NCBI GenBank assembly: GCA_017414385.1
Contig: JAFQMO010000154.1
Location: forward strand, 6,005 to 70,004
Direction: 5' to 3'
Source of the DNA: Clostridia bacterium
GTDB lineage: Bacteria > Bacillota > Clostridia > Oscillospirales > CAG-272
Length of the DNA: 64,000 nucleotides
In this document: one piece after another, positions 45,103 to 53,595 of the stretch
How positions within the stretch are numbered: the stretch's first letter is position 1
How the letters are laid out: each line of letters opens with the position of its first letter
The notes under the pieces: generated by a model
The model's database searches: none
Told to the model about the DNA's origin: nothing
Seen by the model: only the letters and a program-made list of their open reading frames with translations
Position numbers and translations under genes: made by a program

Positions 45103-45139
45103 GACGGTGTACCCGGATGGGTACACCGTCTGTTTTGTG
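45103..45139 (+). terminator. terminator of the MBOAT-ACP cassette
   Basis: 12-bp stem gacggtgtaccc / gggtacaccgtc with ggat loop, followed by TGTTTTGTG. Confidence 0.85.
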
Positions 45140-45436
45140 CCGCACAAGGCTTCCGCTTGGCATGCGGCAATCCCTTGGCCGTTTTCCAAAAGGAAAATGG
45201 CCCTTTTCTTTGCACGGCGGGCGGATGGATGAACGTATTCGTCAGCGCTGTGTATCAAGCGTCTGTACCCGCTTGCCGCCGCGCAAAGGATCCGTCGCCT
45301 TCGGCGACAAAGGGATTGCCGCGATCGCTCCCCGCTTTCTGCCCCCCCGCATCCGTTCCTCATCGGCACAGCGGCACAAAATGCCGATATTACGGGAAAA
45401 CTGCCGATAATTTCCTGCCTTTTTTCAAAAAAATGC

Positions 45437-45465
45437 TTGACAAGCGCCGCAAACTGTGATACAAT
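45437..45465 (+). promoter_or_regulatory. promoter TTGACA-17-TACAAT upstream of rpmG-secE-nusG
   Basis: TTGACA 45437-45442, 17-nt spacer ending TGTGA, TACAAT 45460-45465. Leaves a leader of about 250 nt before rpmG. Confidence 0.6.
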
Positions 45466-45721
45466 ATACGTACCTCTATAAGGGGGTCTTTTTTTGCTGT
45501 CCGAAAAACGGTGCGGCAGCCCTCTTTGGAACGGTGCAGTCAGCGCTTCTGCGGTACGGAGGCGTCCTCTGGAACGCCGTTGGTGTGTACGCATTTCCCG
45601 TACGCATCTGAGGGAGGTACGCGGCGGCGAGGCGAAGGCTTCGCACGTCAACACAAATACGGCGCGCGGCGGACCATGTCGGACGAAGCCGCAGCGACAT
45701 TTCATCAGGAGGTGCCTATCA

Positions 45722-45871
45722 ATGAGAGTTAAGATTACCCTGGCGTGCAGCGAGTGCAAGCAGAGAAACTACGACACAAACAAGAACAAGAAGAACGATC
45801 CCGACAGACTCGAGCTCAAGAAGTTCTGCAGATTTTGCCGTAAGCACACACTGCATAAGGAAACCAAGTAA
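45722..45871 (+). CDS. rpmG: 50S ribosomal protein L33
   Basis: 3' part of track ORF 45494..45871(+). ATG 45722 with AGGAGG 9 nt upstream. [49 protein letters not shown]. Confidence 0.95.
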   Translation: MRVKITLACSECKQRNYDTNKNKKNDPDRLELKKFCRFCRKHTLHKETK

Positions 45872-45896
45872 AAGGCAGACAGGAGGATAAGGACGT

Positions 45897-46196
45897 ATGG
45901 CAGATAAAGAAAAGAAGATCGCCGAAACCGCCCCGTCGTCTGCAGCTGAGAAGAAGACGAAAGAAGCCGACAAGAAGCCCGCAAAGAACGCGAAGCCGAA
46001 GGTGAAGCTCACCGACCGCATCAAGAAGTTCTGGCTGGACTACAAGAGCGAATTCAAAAAGATCGTTTGGCCGTCTAAGGAAGAAACCATCAAGAGTACC
46101 GTAGTTGTTGTTTCTACCGTCGTCATCTTTGCAGTATCCATCGCCATTCTGGACTTCGTATTTTCCCAGTGTCTCACACTGCTCAGCCACCTGTGA
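45897..46196 (+). CDS. secE: preprotein translocase subunit SecE (Lys-rich N-terminal extension)
   Basis: Full ORF. FWLDYKSEFKKIVWPSKEETIKSTVVVVSTVVIFAVSIAILD matches the SecE core. Canonical position between rpmG and nusG. Confidence 0.9.
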   Translation: MADKEKKIAETAPSSAAEKKTKEADKKPAKNAKPKVKLTDRIKKFWLDYKSEFKKIVWPSKEETIKSTVVVVSTVVIFAVSIAILDFVFSQCLTLLSHL

Positions 46197-46247
46197 TCGC
46201 AGTGATCCTAGGATGAGCGGGACCAGCACATGGAGAGGAGCGTACGT

Positions 46248-46802
46248 ATGAACGGAGCATCGACGGAAGCAAAGTGGTATGTCATCCATACCTATTCCGG
46301 TTACGAAAACAAAGTAAAGACAAGCTTGGAAAAGGCCATCGAAAACCGTAACATGACGGCATACTTTTTTGACATTCAGATCCCCGTGGAAACGGTGGTC
46401 GAGGTCAACGGAGATACCGAAAAGACGATCGAGGACAAGGTATTCCCAAGCTACGTCATGATCAAGATGATCATGAGCGACGAATCCTGGCACGTTGTGC
46501 GGAACATCCGCGGCGTAACGGGCTTTGTCGGACCCGGATCCAAGCCGATCCCGCTGACAGATGCAGAGGTAGCGGCTATGGGCATTGATCTTGGAGGAGA
46601 GCAGACGCAGAAGCCCGCGGAAACAAAGCTGGCATTTGCAGTCGGCGACACCGTCAAGATCGAAAGCGGATTGCTCTCCGGCAATACCGCGGTGGTCGAT
46701 GAGATCTCGGCTGATAACACCAAGGTACGCGTGACCGCGTCCATGTTCGGCCGCAGCACATCGATCGAACTTGATATCAAGGATATCAAAAAGATAGGTT
46801 AA
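46248..46802 (+). CDS. nusG: transcription termination/antitermination factor NusG
   Basis: Track ORF 46230..46802(+). ATG 46248 follows GGAGAGGAG. KWYVIHTYSGYENKV NGN motif, KOW FAVGDTVKIESGLLSG. Confidence 0.96.
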   Translation: MNGASTEAKWYVIHTYSGYENKVKTSLEKAIENRNMTAYFFDIQIPVETVVEVNGDTEKTIEDKVFPSYVMIKMIMSDESWHVVRNIRGVTGFVGPGSKPIPLTDAEVAAMGIDLGGEQTQKPAETKLAFAVGDTVKIESGLLSGNTAVVDEISADNTKVRVTASMFGRSTSIELDIKDIKKIG

Positions 46803-46933
46803 GACGGCGCGTCATGCGCGGCGTCATCGGGGCAAACCGTTGTTTGCCCGTGGGAGGAGTCCCAAAATAACCCGATCATATCGACCATGGGATTCCGTTA
46901 TATTTTTCTACCACATTTGGAGGTGTAATTATT

Positions 46934-47359
46934 ATGGCAAAGAAGATTACAGCATATGTAAAATTGCAGTTACCCGCCGGTAAGGCTACTCCCCAGCCCC
47001 CCGTCGGTCCGGCACTCGGTCAGCACGGTGTCAACATTTCCGCATTCACAAAGGAATTCAACGAGAGAACCAAGAATGACATGGGTCTGATCATTCCCGT
47101 TGTCATCACCATTTATGCAGACCGTTCCTTCTCCTTCATCACCAAGACTCCCCCTGCAGCAGTTCTGATCAAGAAGGCTGCCGGCATCGAGTCCGGTTCC
47201 GGTGTTCCGAACAAGAACAAGGTTGCTTCTATTACCAAGGAGCAGGTGCAGAAGATCGCAGAGACAAAGATGCCCGACCTGAACGCAGCAAGCCTCGAAG
47301 CAGCAATGAGCATGATCGCAGGTACCGCACGTTCCATGGGTGTCACCGTCGAAGAATAA
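46934..47359 (+). CDS. rplK: 50S ribosomal protein L11
   Basis: Full [38 protein letters not shown]... Confidence 0.98.
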   Translation: MAKKITAYVKLQLPAGKATPQPPVGPALGQHGVNISAFTKEFNERTKNDMGLIIPVVITIYADRSFSFITKTPPAAVLIKKAAGIESGSGVPNKNKVASITKEQVQKIAETKMPDLNAASLEAAMSMIAGTARSMGVTVEE

Positions 47360-47380
47360 GGCAGAGGAGGAAATTGCGTT

Positions 47381-48073
47381 ATGACTAAAGGAAAGAAGTA
47401 TCTTGAAAGCGCAAAGCTTGTAGATAAGACAAAGCTTTATGATTCTGACGAAGCAATTCAGCTGCTTTGCCAGACTGCAAAGGCAAAATTTGATGAGACC
47501 GTAGAGCTCCACATCCGTCTCGGTGTTGACTCCCGTCACGCAGACCAGCAGGTCCGTGGTGCGGTCGTTCTCCCCAACGGTACCGGTAAGACTGTCCGTA
47601 CACTCGTTTTCGCAAAGGGCGAAAAGGCTGAGGCTGCAAAGGCTGCAGGTGCAGACTATGTCGGTGACGTTGACTACGTTGAGAAGATCACAAAGGAAAA
47701 CTGGTTCGAGTTTGACGTTGTTATCGCAACCCCCGATATGATGGCTGTGATCGGCCGTCTCGGTAAGGTTCTCGGTCCGAAGGGCCTCATGCCCAACCCC
47801 AAGGCAGGTACCGTTACAATGGACGTTGCACGTGCGGTTGAGGAAGCAAAGGCAGGTAAGATCGAATACCGTCTGGACAAGACCAACATCATCCACTGCC
47901 CCATCGGTAAGGCGTCCTTCGGTGCTGAAAAGCTCGCGGAGAACTTCAATGCACTGGTTTCTGCAGTTATCAAGGCAAAGCCCGCAGCTGCAAAGGGTCA
48001 GTACATCAAGTCCTGCGTTATCGCTACGACCATGGGCCCCGGCATCAAGATCAACTACGCAAAGCTTGGCTGA
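47381..48073 (+). CDS. rplA: 50S ribosomal protein L1
   Basis: Full [36 protein letters not shown]... Confidence 0.98.
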   Translation: MTKGKKYLESAKLVDKTKLYDSDEAIQLLCQTAKAKFDETVELHIRLGVDSRHADQQVRGAVVLPNGTGKTVRTLVFAKGEKAEAAKAAGADYVGDVDYVEKITKENWFEFDVVIATPDMMAVIGRLGKVLGPKGLMPNPKAGTVTMDVARAVEEAKAGKIEYRLDKTNIIHCPIGKASFGAEKLAENFNALVSAVIKAKPAAAKGQYIKSCVIATTMGPGIKINYAKLG

Positions 48074-48102
48074 TTTTACCGCGGACAATCATTCGCAAGC
48101 AA

Positions 48103-48135
48103 AGCCCCCGTTTTTCAAAAACGGGGGCTTTTTTG
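48103..48135 (+). terminator. terminator after rplA
   Basis: agcccccgt-ttttcaaaa-acgggggct followed by TTTTTTG. Confidence 0.85.
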
Positions 48136-48161
48136 TATCCTTCGGCTTCGGCATCCGCATC

Positions 48162-48193
48162 AAAAAAGCGCCTTCCCCGAAAAGGGAAGGCGC
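48162..48193 (-). terminator. terminator after the cytidylate-kinase-like gene
   Basis: Reverse strand gcgccttccc-ttttcg-gggaaggcgc followed by TTTTTTG. Confidence 0.8.
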
Positions 48194-48242
48194 GGCGATG
48201 CTTGTCAAAGAAGACGGAGGATCGTTTTGGGGTGAACGCGGC

Positions 48243-48878
48243 TCATCTTGCCGCTGTGTCCGTGCTCATTGCCTGCGCATACGCGGCGATCAGCGCAACC
48301 GCCTGCTCCGCACCGAGCTTTGCATTGTTGATGACAAGATCATAATTATCAACATTACCCCAACGGTTTCTGGTATAAAAGGTGTAATACTTGGAACGCT
48401 TTTTATCTTCTCTTGCGATCAGATCCTCTGCTGCACGCTCCGTACAGCCCTCCGCTTCCATGATGCGCGCGACGCGGAACGGCAGATCCGCACGGACAAA
48501 TACATTCAAAAGCGGCGTATCTGTCTGCTTGAGCACAAAATCCGCACAGCGTCCGACGAATACACACGGTCCCTCTGCCGCCTTGGCGCGGATGATCTCG
48601 GTCTGTGCAATGAAGAGCTGGTCATTGAGGGGCATATTGTTTACCGCAGAAAAAGCGGTGGCGCCGGGAAGCATTCCGCTGGATACCGCATACAGGAAGC
48701 TGTTCGTTGCCGTTTCATCCACATGGGCAAACACATCCGCGGACATACCACTCTTCTGTGCCGCCAGAAGGATCAGCTCCTTGTCATAGCAGGGGATCCC
48801 CAGCTTCTCTGCCAGCCGCCGTCCGATTCCGTGACCGCCGCTGCCAAACTGCCGTCCAATGGTTATGATCGTGTTCAT
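48243..48878 (-). CDS. cytidylate kinase-like family protein (P-loop)
   Basis: Full ORF. MNTIITIGRQFGSGGHGIGRRLAEKLGIPCYDKELI is typical of the Cmk-like family. GCGAGG RBS. Confidence 0.85.
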   Translation of the reverse strand: MNTIITIGRQFGSGGHGIGRRLAEKLGIPCYDKELILLAAQKSGMSADVFAHVDETATNSFLYAVSSGMLPGATAFSAVNNMPLNDQLFIAQTEIIRAKAAEGPCVFVGRCADFVLKQTDTPLLNVFVRADLPFRVARIMEAEGCTERAAEDLIAREDKKRSKYYTFYTRNRWGNVDNYDLVINNAKLGAEQAVALIAAYAQAMSTDTAAR

Positions 48879-48966
48879 ATCAAAGACCTCGCTTTCTTAT
48901 CTCATGCCCGATTCCGATTCTATGAGGGTGTCTGCAAGCGGAAGCGTCCGTGTCAGACATCAAAGC

Positions 48967-49743
48967 TTATGTACCGGGCTTTGCAATGATGATCTCCGTA
49001 CCGCTGAGCTTTGCCTGCGCGGTGATCTCCGGCGGAAGCTCGCGGTTGGTAATCACCGCATCCACGTCACCGATACCGGCAAACGTATAGGGAAGGCTCT
49101 TGTCGATCTTGGAGGAATCCATGAGGAGAACGACCTTGCGCGCCTTCTCAATGATCAAACGCTTGAATTCACATTCCGAGTAATTACCGCAGGTAAAGCC
49201 GTTTTCAACGGTCAATCCGGAGGGCGTCAAAAATGCAATGTCGATATTGATATCCTCCATATAACGGATCGCCTGTGTTCCCGATACAGAGATATTATCC
49301 CGGTTGATCATGCCGCCGACGATATTGACGATCGGCATATTCTTTTTCAGAAGCTCCAGCGCAACATTCGGACCGGAGGTCGTGATCGTCAGTCTCTCAT
49401 CGCCGATCACATTGACCAGGCGAAGGATCGTGGTTCCCGAATCCAAAAAGATCGAACGTCCCGGCTCGATCAATGTCACTGCCTTCCGTGCGATACTGTC
49501 CTTTGCCGCGGAATTTGCATGAAGACGCAGATTGAAGGATTCTTCCAAGGAGGTTGTAATAAACTTCATGGAGCGGGCGCCGCCTCGTACCTTAATACAC
49601 TCTCCCTGTTCCTCAAAGTATTCGATATCCCGTCGCAGTGTCATGCTTGACAACGCGGGGAACCGTTCTGTCAGCTCCTGCAGTGACACAAACGGCTTTT
49701 CCAACAGCATCTCTCTGATGATCTCGCGTCTGGAATTACCCAT
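48967..49743 (-). CDS. DeoR/GlpR-family transcriptional regulator
   Basis: Track ORF 48967..49794(-). Start at ATG 49743 (MGNSRREIIREMLLEKPFVSLQELTERFPALSSMTLRRDIEYFEEQG). C-terminal DeoR sugar-phosphate sensor domain. Confidence 0.9.
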   Translation of the reverse strand: MGNSRREIIREMLLEKPFVSLQELTERFPALSSMTLRRDIEYFEEQGECIKVRGGARSMKFITTSLEESFNLRLHANSAAKDSIARKAVTLIEPGRSIFLDSGTTILRLVNVIGDERLTITTSGPNVALELLKKNMPIVNIVGGMINRDNISVSGTQAIRYMEDINIDIAFLTPSGLTVENGFTCGNYSECEFKRLIIEKARKVVLLMDSSKIDKSLPYTFAGIGDVDAVITNRELPPEITAQAKLSGTEIIIAKPGT

Positions 49744-50030
49744 TGGTGTTTCCCCCCGACTTTCATCTATCGAAAGTCTTCCTTTCTGATTCATTTTTTT
49801 GTATAAACGTTTTCCGGCAATGTATGAAAATACATTTACCGCACATCAAATGTGCTCATTTTTTCATCAAACAAACACATTTCTCTGTTTTCAACTATAG
49901 TATAACACACAATTACGAAAAATGCAAGTTTTTTCTGATTTTTTTGTGCAAATTTACGACGCATAACAACATTTCTTTTTGCAAAAAAATATTTATGAAA
50001 AACATCCTCTTTTTGTCTTTGTTTTTCGGT

Positions 50031-50059
50031 TGCAATCTTGCATGGGATGTGGTATAATA
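50031..50059 (+). promoter_or_regulatory. promoter TTGCAA-17-TATAAT upstream of rbfA
   Basis: TTGCAA 50031-50036, 17-nt spacer ending TGG, TATAAT 50054-50059, within a visibly AT-rich 320-bp intergenic region. Confidence 0.6.
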
Positions 50060-50114
50060 ATCGTATCAATAATCTGCACGCGCTGCGTGCCAAACACCAA
50101 AGGAGGAGCCTTCT

Positions 50115-50609
50115 ATGGCAAAATACAGGAAAGACCGCATCAACGAGAGCATGGCACATGAGCTGTCCGAGATCGTACGCGGTATCAAGGACCCCAGAGT
50201 CAGCCGTCACTTTATTTCCGTGGTCCGTACGGAGGTCACGCCGGATCTGAAATACTGCAAGGTCTTTTATTCCGTGCTTCCCGCAGGCGGTGAGGAGATC
50301 GATCCCAAGGAGATCCGCCGCGGACTGATCAGCGCATCGGGCTTCATCCGTACACAGATCGCACAGAGGCTGAATCTCCGTATCACACCGGAATTTCAGT
50401 TTATATACGACGAATCCATTGCTTACGGTGCGAAGATCAACACCATTCTGCATTCTCCGTCTGTCAAGGAGGACATCCGCCGCTTCGACGAGCGTACAGA
50501 GGAGGAAGCAAGACTTGCCGCGCTTGCCGCAGCAGAGGAGAGAGACACCGATCCGGAGGGTACCGCATCGGCAAATAAGGACGAGGAATACGATGAATTC
50601 GATGATTGA
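50115..50609 (+). CDS. rbfA: ribosome-binding factor A with about 45-aa acidic C-terminal extension
   Basis: Full ORF, AAAGGAGGAG RBS. RINESMAHELSEIVRGIKDPRVSRHFISVVRTEVTPDLKYCKVFYSV. Confidence 0.92.
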   Translation: MAKYRKDRINESMAHELSEIVRGIKDPRVSRHFISVVRTEVTPDLKYCKVFYSVLPAGGEEIDPKEIRRGLISASGFIRTQIAQRLNLRITPEFQFIYDESIAYGAKINTILHSPSVKEDIRRFDERTEEEARLAALAAAEERDTDPEGTASANKDEEYDEFDD

Positions 50610-51639
50610 ACCGACAAAGAAGCACGTTACCGTGCAGATCGATCCCGCCGCCTGCGCACGCTGGCTGCAAAAGCACAACAACTATCTCATTCTCTGTCAC
50701 GCAAATCCCGATGCCGACACGCTCGGCTGCGGGATCGGACTGATGGAGATGCTTCGTCTGATGGGAAAGCGTGCGTACTGTATCTGCGCCTCCTTCATCC
50801 CGCACCGGCTCTCCTTTTTATGCGAAGAGCGCAGCACGATGCTGCTGGAGCAGCTTCCCTCTGACTTTTTCTGGGATAAGATCATCTCCGTCGACGTTGC
50901 GGCCCCGTCGCTTCTCGGCAGCTATGCCGTTCCCTTCGGCGAGGATGGCTATATCGATCTTGCCATCGACCATCACGGTACACACGCAGGCTTTGCAAAG
51001 CAGACCTGTCTTGCGCCGACGTTTGCTGCGTGCACCGAGCTCATCTTTGATATCGGCAGCGAGATCTTTGCATGGAATGAGACCGACCGTCCCATTCCGA
51101 AGCAGATCGCCATGCCGCTTTACGCCGGACTCAGCACCGACTCCGGCTCCTTCAAGTTCGGTGCCGTCACACCTCAAACGCATCACCGCGCCGCTGCCCT
51201 TCTTGCATCCGGTATGGCACATACTGCCGTCACGGAGCGTCTGTACGGCAGCAAGCCGCTCTCTGCCGTTATGGCGGCAAAGGCGGCATACGAGGATCTG
51301 CGTTTCTTTTTCGACAACCGTGTCTCCCTTGTATCCTTTACCGAGGAGACGATGAAGCGCTACCGTCTGCACGACGAGGACATTGACGATGTCATCAATC
51401 TGATCCGTTCCATTCAAGGGGTATGCATCGCCGTTCACATCAAGCCGCGCGGGGAGAACACCTACAAGATCTCCATGCGTTCGATCGAGGGATATGATGT
51501 CTGCTCGGTCTGCGCCTCCTTCGGCGGCGGCGGACATCCGTGTGCTGCCGGCTGTACGGTCATAGCAGAGGATGCTGCACAAGTCGAGCAGCGGATCCTT
51601 GCAAGGATCGGCGAGGTCCTCAATGAGACGGAGGGATGA
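50593..51639 (+). CDS. nrnA: DHH-family phosphoesterase (NrnA-like oligoribonuclease / pAp phosphatase)
   Basis: 3' part of track ORF 50419..51639(+). Start at ATG 50593 (MNSMIEPTKK), overlapping the rbfA tail. HANPDADTLG, AIDHHGTH and GGGGHPCAAG motifs. Confidence 0.88.
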   Translation: MNSMIEPTKKHVTVQIDPAACARWLQKHNNYLILCHANPDADTLGCGIGLMEMLRLMGKRAYCICASFIPHRLSFLCEERSTMLLEQLPSDFFWDKIISVDVAAPSLLGSYAVPFGEDGYIDLAIDHHGTHAGFAKQTCLAPTFAACTELIFDIGSEIFAWNETDRPIPKQIAMPLYAGLSTDSGSFKFGAVTPQTHHRAAALLASGMAHTAVTERLYGSKPLSAVMAAKAAYEDLRFFFDNRVSLVSFTEETMKRYRLHDEDIDDVINLIRSIQGVCIAVHIKPRGENTYKISMRSIEGYDVCSVCASFGGGGHPCAAGCTVIAEDAAQVEQRILARIGEVLNETEG

Positions 51640-51641
51640 CC

Positions 51642-52601
51642 ATGACAAAGGACGAAATCACCGCAAACACAGAAGCGGCTCCTGACGGCGTTCTCATTCT
51701 TGACAAGCCTGCGGGTATGACCTCGCACGACTGCGTGGCACGCATCCGTCGGCTGTACAATACAAAAAAGGTCGGTCATACGGGCACGCTCGATCCGATG
51801 GCGACAGGCGTTCTCCCGATCCTGATCGGCCGTGCCGCAAAGGCATCGGAATACCTGACCGCAGAGGAAAAGGGATACGAGGCGATCCTGCGTATTGGCA
51901 TTGTCACCGACACAGAGGACACAACGGGACAGATCCTATCCCGTGCAGAGGTGCTTCCCTCCGCCGATGAGGTCTATCTTGCGGCTGCATCCTTTCTCGG
52001 GGAATACGAGCAGATCCCGCCCATGTATTCCGCACTGAAGGTAGACGGCAAAAAGCTCTGTGATCTCGCACGAAGCGGTATCACGGTAGAGCGCAAGGCG
52101 CGCACCGTCTTCATCCGTGCACTGACCTGCACAAGTATCCCCGGCAGCAAAACCGACTACCGTCTGTCCGTTCGCTGCTCCAAGGGTACCTACATCCGCA
52201 CCCTGTGTGCCGACATCGGTGCAAGGCTTGGCTGCGGTGCTGTCATGGCAGAGCTGCGCCGTACCCAAAGCGGCAGCTTCACCCTCTCCGATGCGCACAC
52301 CCTCACTGCAATCGAGCAGTTATCCCCCGATGAGCGCACAGCACTTCTTGCGCCGACCGAATCGTTATTCTCCGAGCTGACCGGTATTTTTCTCCCCGCC
52401 TTCTTTGAAAGGCTTGCAGACAACGGTCAGCCGGTATCTCTGCACAAGCTCAAAAACGGCGCTATGCTTGCCGCGCTTCCCGTCGGCACCGTCGTTCGCA
52501 TGGAGGGCGAGACCAAGGGCTTTTTTGCCCTCGGCACGATCCGTCTCTGCGGCGAGGATGCACGTCCCGCCGTTTGTCCGACCAAAAAATTCAAGCTCTG
52601 A
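51642..52601 (+). CDS. truB: tRNA pseudouridine(55) synthase TruB
   Basis: Track ORF 51636..52601(+). ATG 51642 lies 6 nt after GGAGGG; 51636 would have zero spacing. GVLILDKPAGMTSHD and HTGTLDPMATGVLPI motifs. Confidence 0.95.
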   Translation: MTKDEITANTEAAPDGVLILDKPAGMTSHDCVARIRRLYNTKKVGHTGTLDPMATGVLPILIGRAAKASEYLTAEEKGYEAILRIGIVTDTEDTTGQILSRAEVLPSADEVYLAAASFLGEYEQIPPMYSALKVDGKKLCDLARSGITVERKARTVFIRALTCTSIPGSKTDYRLSVRCSKGTYIRTLCADIGARLGCGAVMAELRRTQSGSFTLSDAHTLTAIEQLSPDERTALLAPTESLFSELTGIFLPAFFERLADNGQPVSLHKLKNGAMLAALPVGTVVRMEGETKGFFALGTIRLCGEDARPAVCPTKKFKL

Positions 52602-52622
52602 TACAGAGCAAGCGAGGTCTTT

Positions 52623-53528
52623 ATGCTGAATCGACAAATCAGAGGCGATGCCATCTGGTACACCTCCGATCTTCTGGATCCTCTCACCTGCTCCGTCGAC
52701 ACAACGGACGGCAAGCACGCGCTCCGTATCTGTCACGCATTTTCCACGCGGCGCGGCGGTGTCAGCCGTGAGGAATATCTGTCCGACATGAATTTCGGGC
52801 TGACGCTTGGCGAGGATCCCGCGCTTACCCGCGAAAATTACCGCAGACTTGCAGCCATTGCGGGCATTCCGTACACGCATCTGCTCTGCGCCGATCAAAC
52901 GCACACAGCACGTGTACTCACCGTCGGTCGCGCACAGCGCGGTATGGGTCTGATGCGTCCGTCAAGCGCGCTGCTTTCGGCCGATGACGCCGATGCGGCC
53001 GTTTCGGGATTCGACGGATTTGTAACACGGGAGTCCGGTGTTGCACTTTCTATCCGCGTGGCAGACTGTGTTCCCATTCTCTTCTGCGATCCCGAAAACG
53101 CCGTGATCGGCGCCTGCCATGCAGGCTGGCGCGGGACCCTTGACGGGATTGCCTGCAATACCGTATCCGCAATGGAGCGCCTCGGTGCCAACCGAGGAAG
53201 GGTCCGCGCCGTCATCGGCCACGCCGTCGGTCTCTGCTGCTATGTGGTAGACCGCGCGTTCCGCGACCGCTTCACACAAAAGCTCGGCGACACCCTCTGC
53301 GCGCAGTTCTTCTCGGAGGAAAACGGAAGGATCCTCTGCGACCTGCGTGCCTGCAACCGTCTTCTGCTCCTGTCATACGGACTTTTGCCGCAAAATATCG
53401 ACACAAGTACACTTTGTACCTGCTGTCATCCCGATATCTTCCATTCCCACCGCTACGCACAAGCCCATCAGGGCGGCCGACGCGGACTGATGGCATGTGT
53501 CATCTCCATGGAGGAAACGGAAGAATAA
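52623..53528 (+). CDS. pgeF: peptidoglycan editing factor PgeF / YfiH (laccase-domain, DUF152) protein
   Basis: Full ORF. HAFSTRRGGVS, RVADCVPILF, CHAGWRGT and CTCCHPDIFHSHR motifs. Confidence 0.9.
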   Translation: MLNRQIRGDAIWYTSDLLDPLTCSVDTTDGKHALRICHAFSTRRGGVSREEYLSDMNFGLTLGEDPALTRENYRRLAAIAGIPYTHLLCADQTHTARVLTVGRAQRGMGLMRPSSALLSADDADAAVSGFDGFVTRESGVALSIRVADCVPILFCDPENAVIGACHAGWRGTLDGIACNTVSAMERLGANRGRVRAVIGHAVGLCCYVVDRAFRDRFTQKLGDTLCAQFFSEENGRILCDLRACNRLLLLSYGLLPQNIDTSTLCTCCHPDIFHSHRYAQAHQGGRRGLMACVISMEETEE

Positions 53529-53548
53529 ACCGCCTCTGTCGCAAAAAC

Positions 53549-53592
53549 AAAAAAGAGCAAGTACAGACCGTCTGTATTTGCTCTTTTGTATT
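53549..53592. terminator. bidirectional terminator between pgeF and rsgA
   Basis: agagcaa...ttgctct stem (53554-53560 / 53578-53584) with an inner gtacaga/tctgtat pairing, flanked by A and T runs. Confidence 0.7.
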
Positions 53593-53595
53593 TTC

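Noticed and set aside
45466-45721. SRP RNA, 6S RNA, tmRNA, RNase P or tRNA upstream of rpmG
   Set aside because: No GGAAGCAGC/helix-8 motif, GGTTCGAAT T-loop, GAGGAAAGUCC or terminal CCA context was found. The candidate long-range pairings I tried were mutually incompatible.
44803-45759. 318-aa minus-strand ORF spanning the ACP gene, the intergenic region and the rpmG start
   Set aside because: It crosses two terminators and a promoter, overlaps the ACP and L33 genes in antisense, and is Arg/Cys/His-rich.
46970-48088. 372-aa minus-strand ORF
   Set aside because: It is antisense to the ribosomal protein genes rplK and rplA. The product is Cys/Leu/Thr-rich nonsense.
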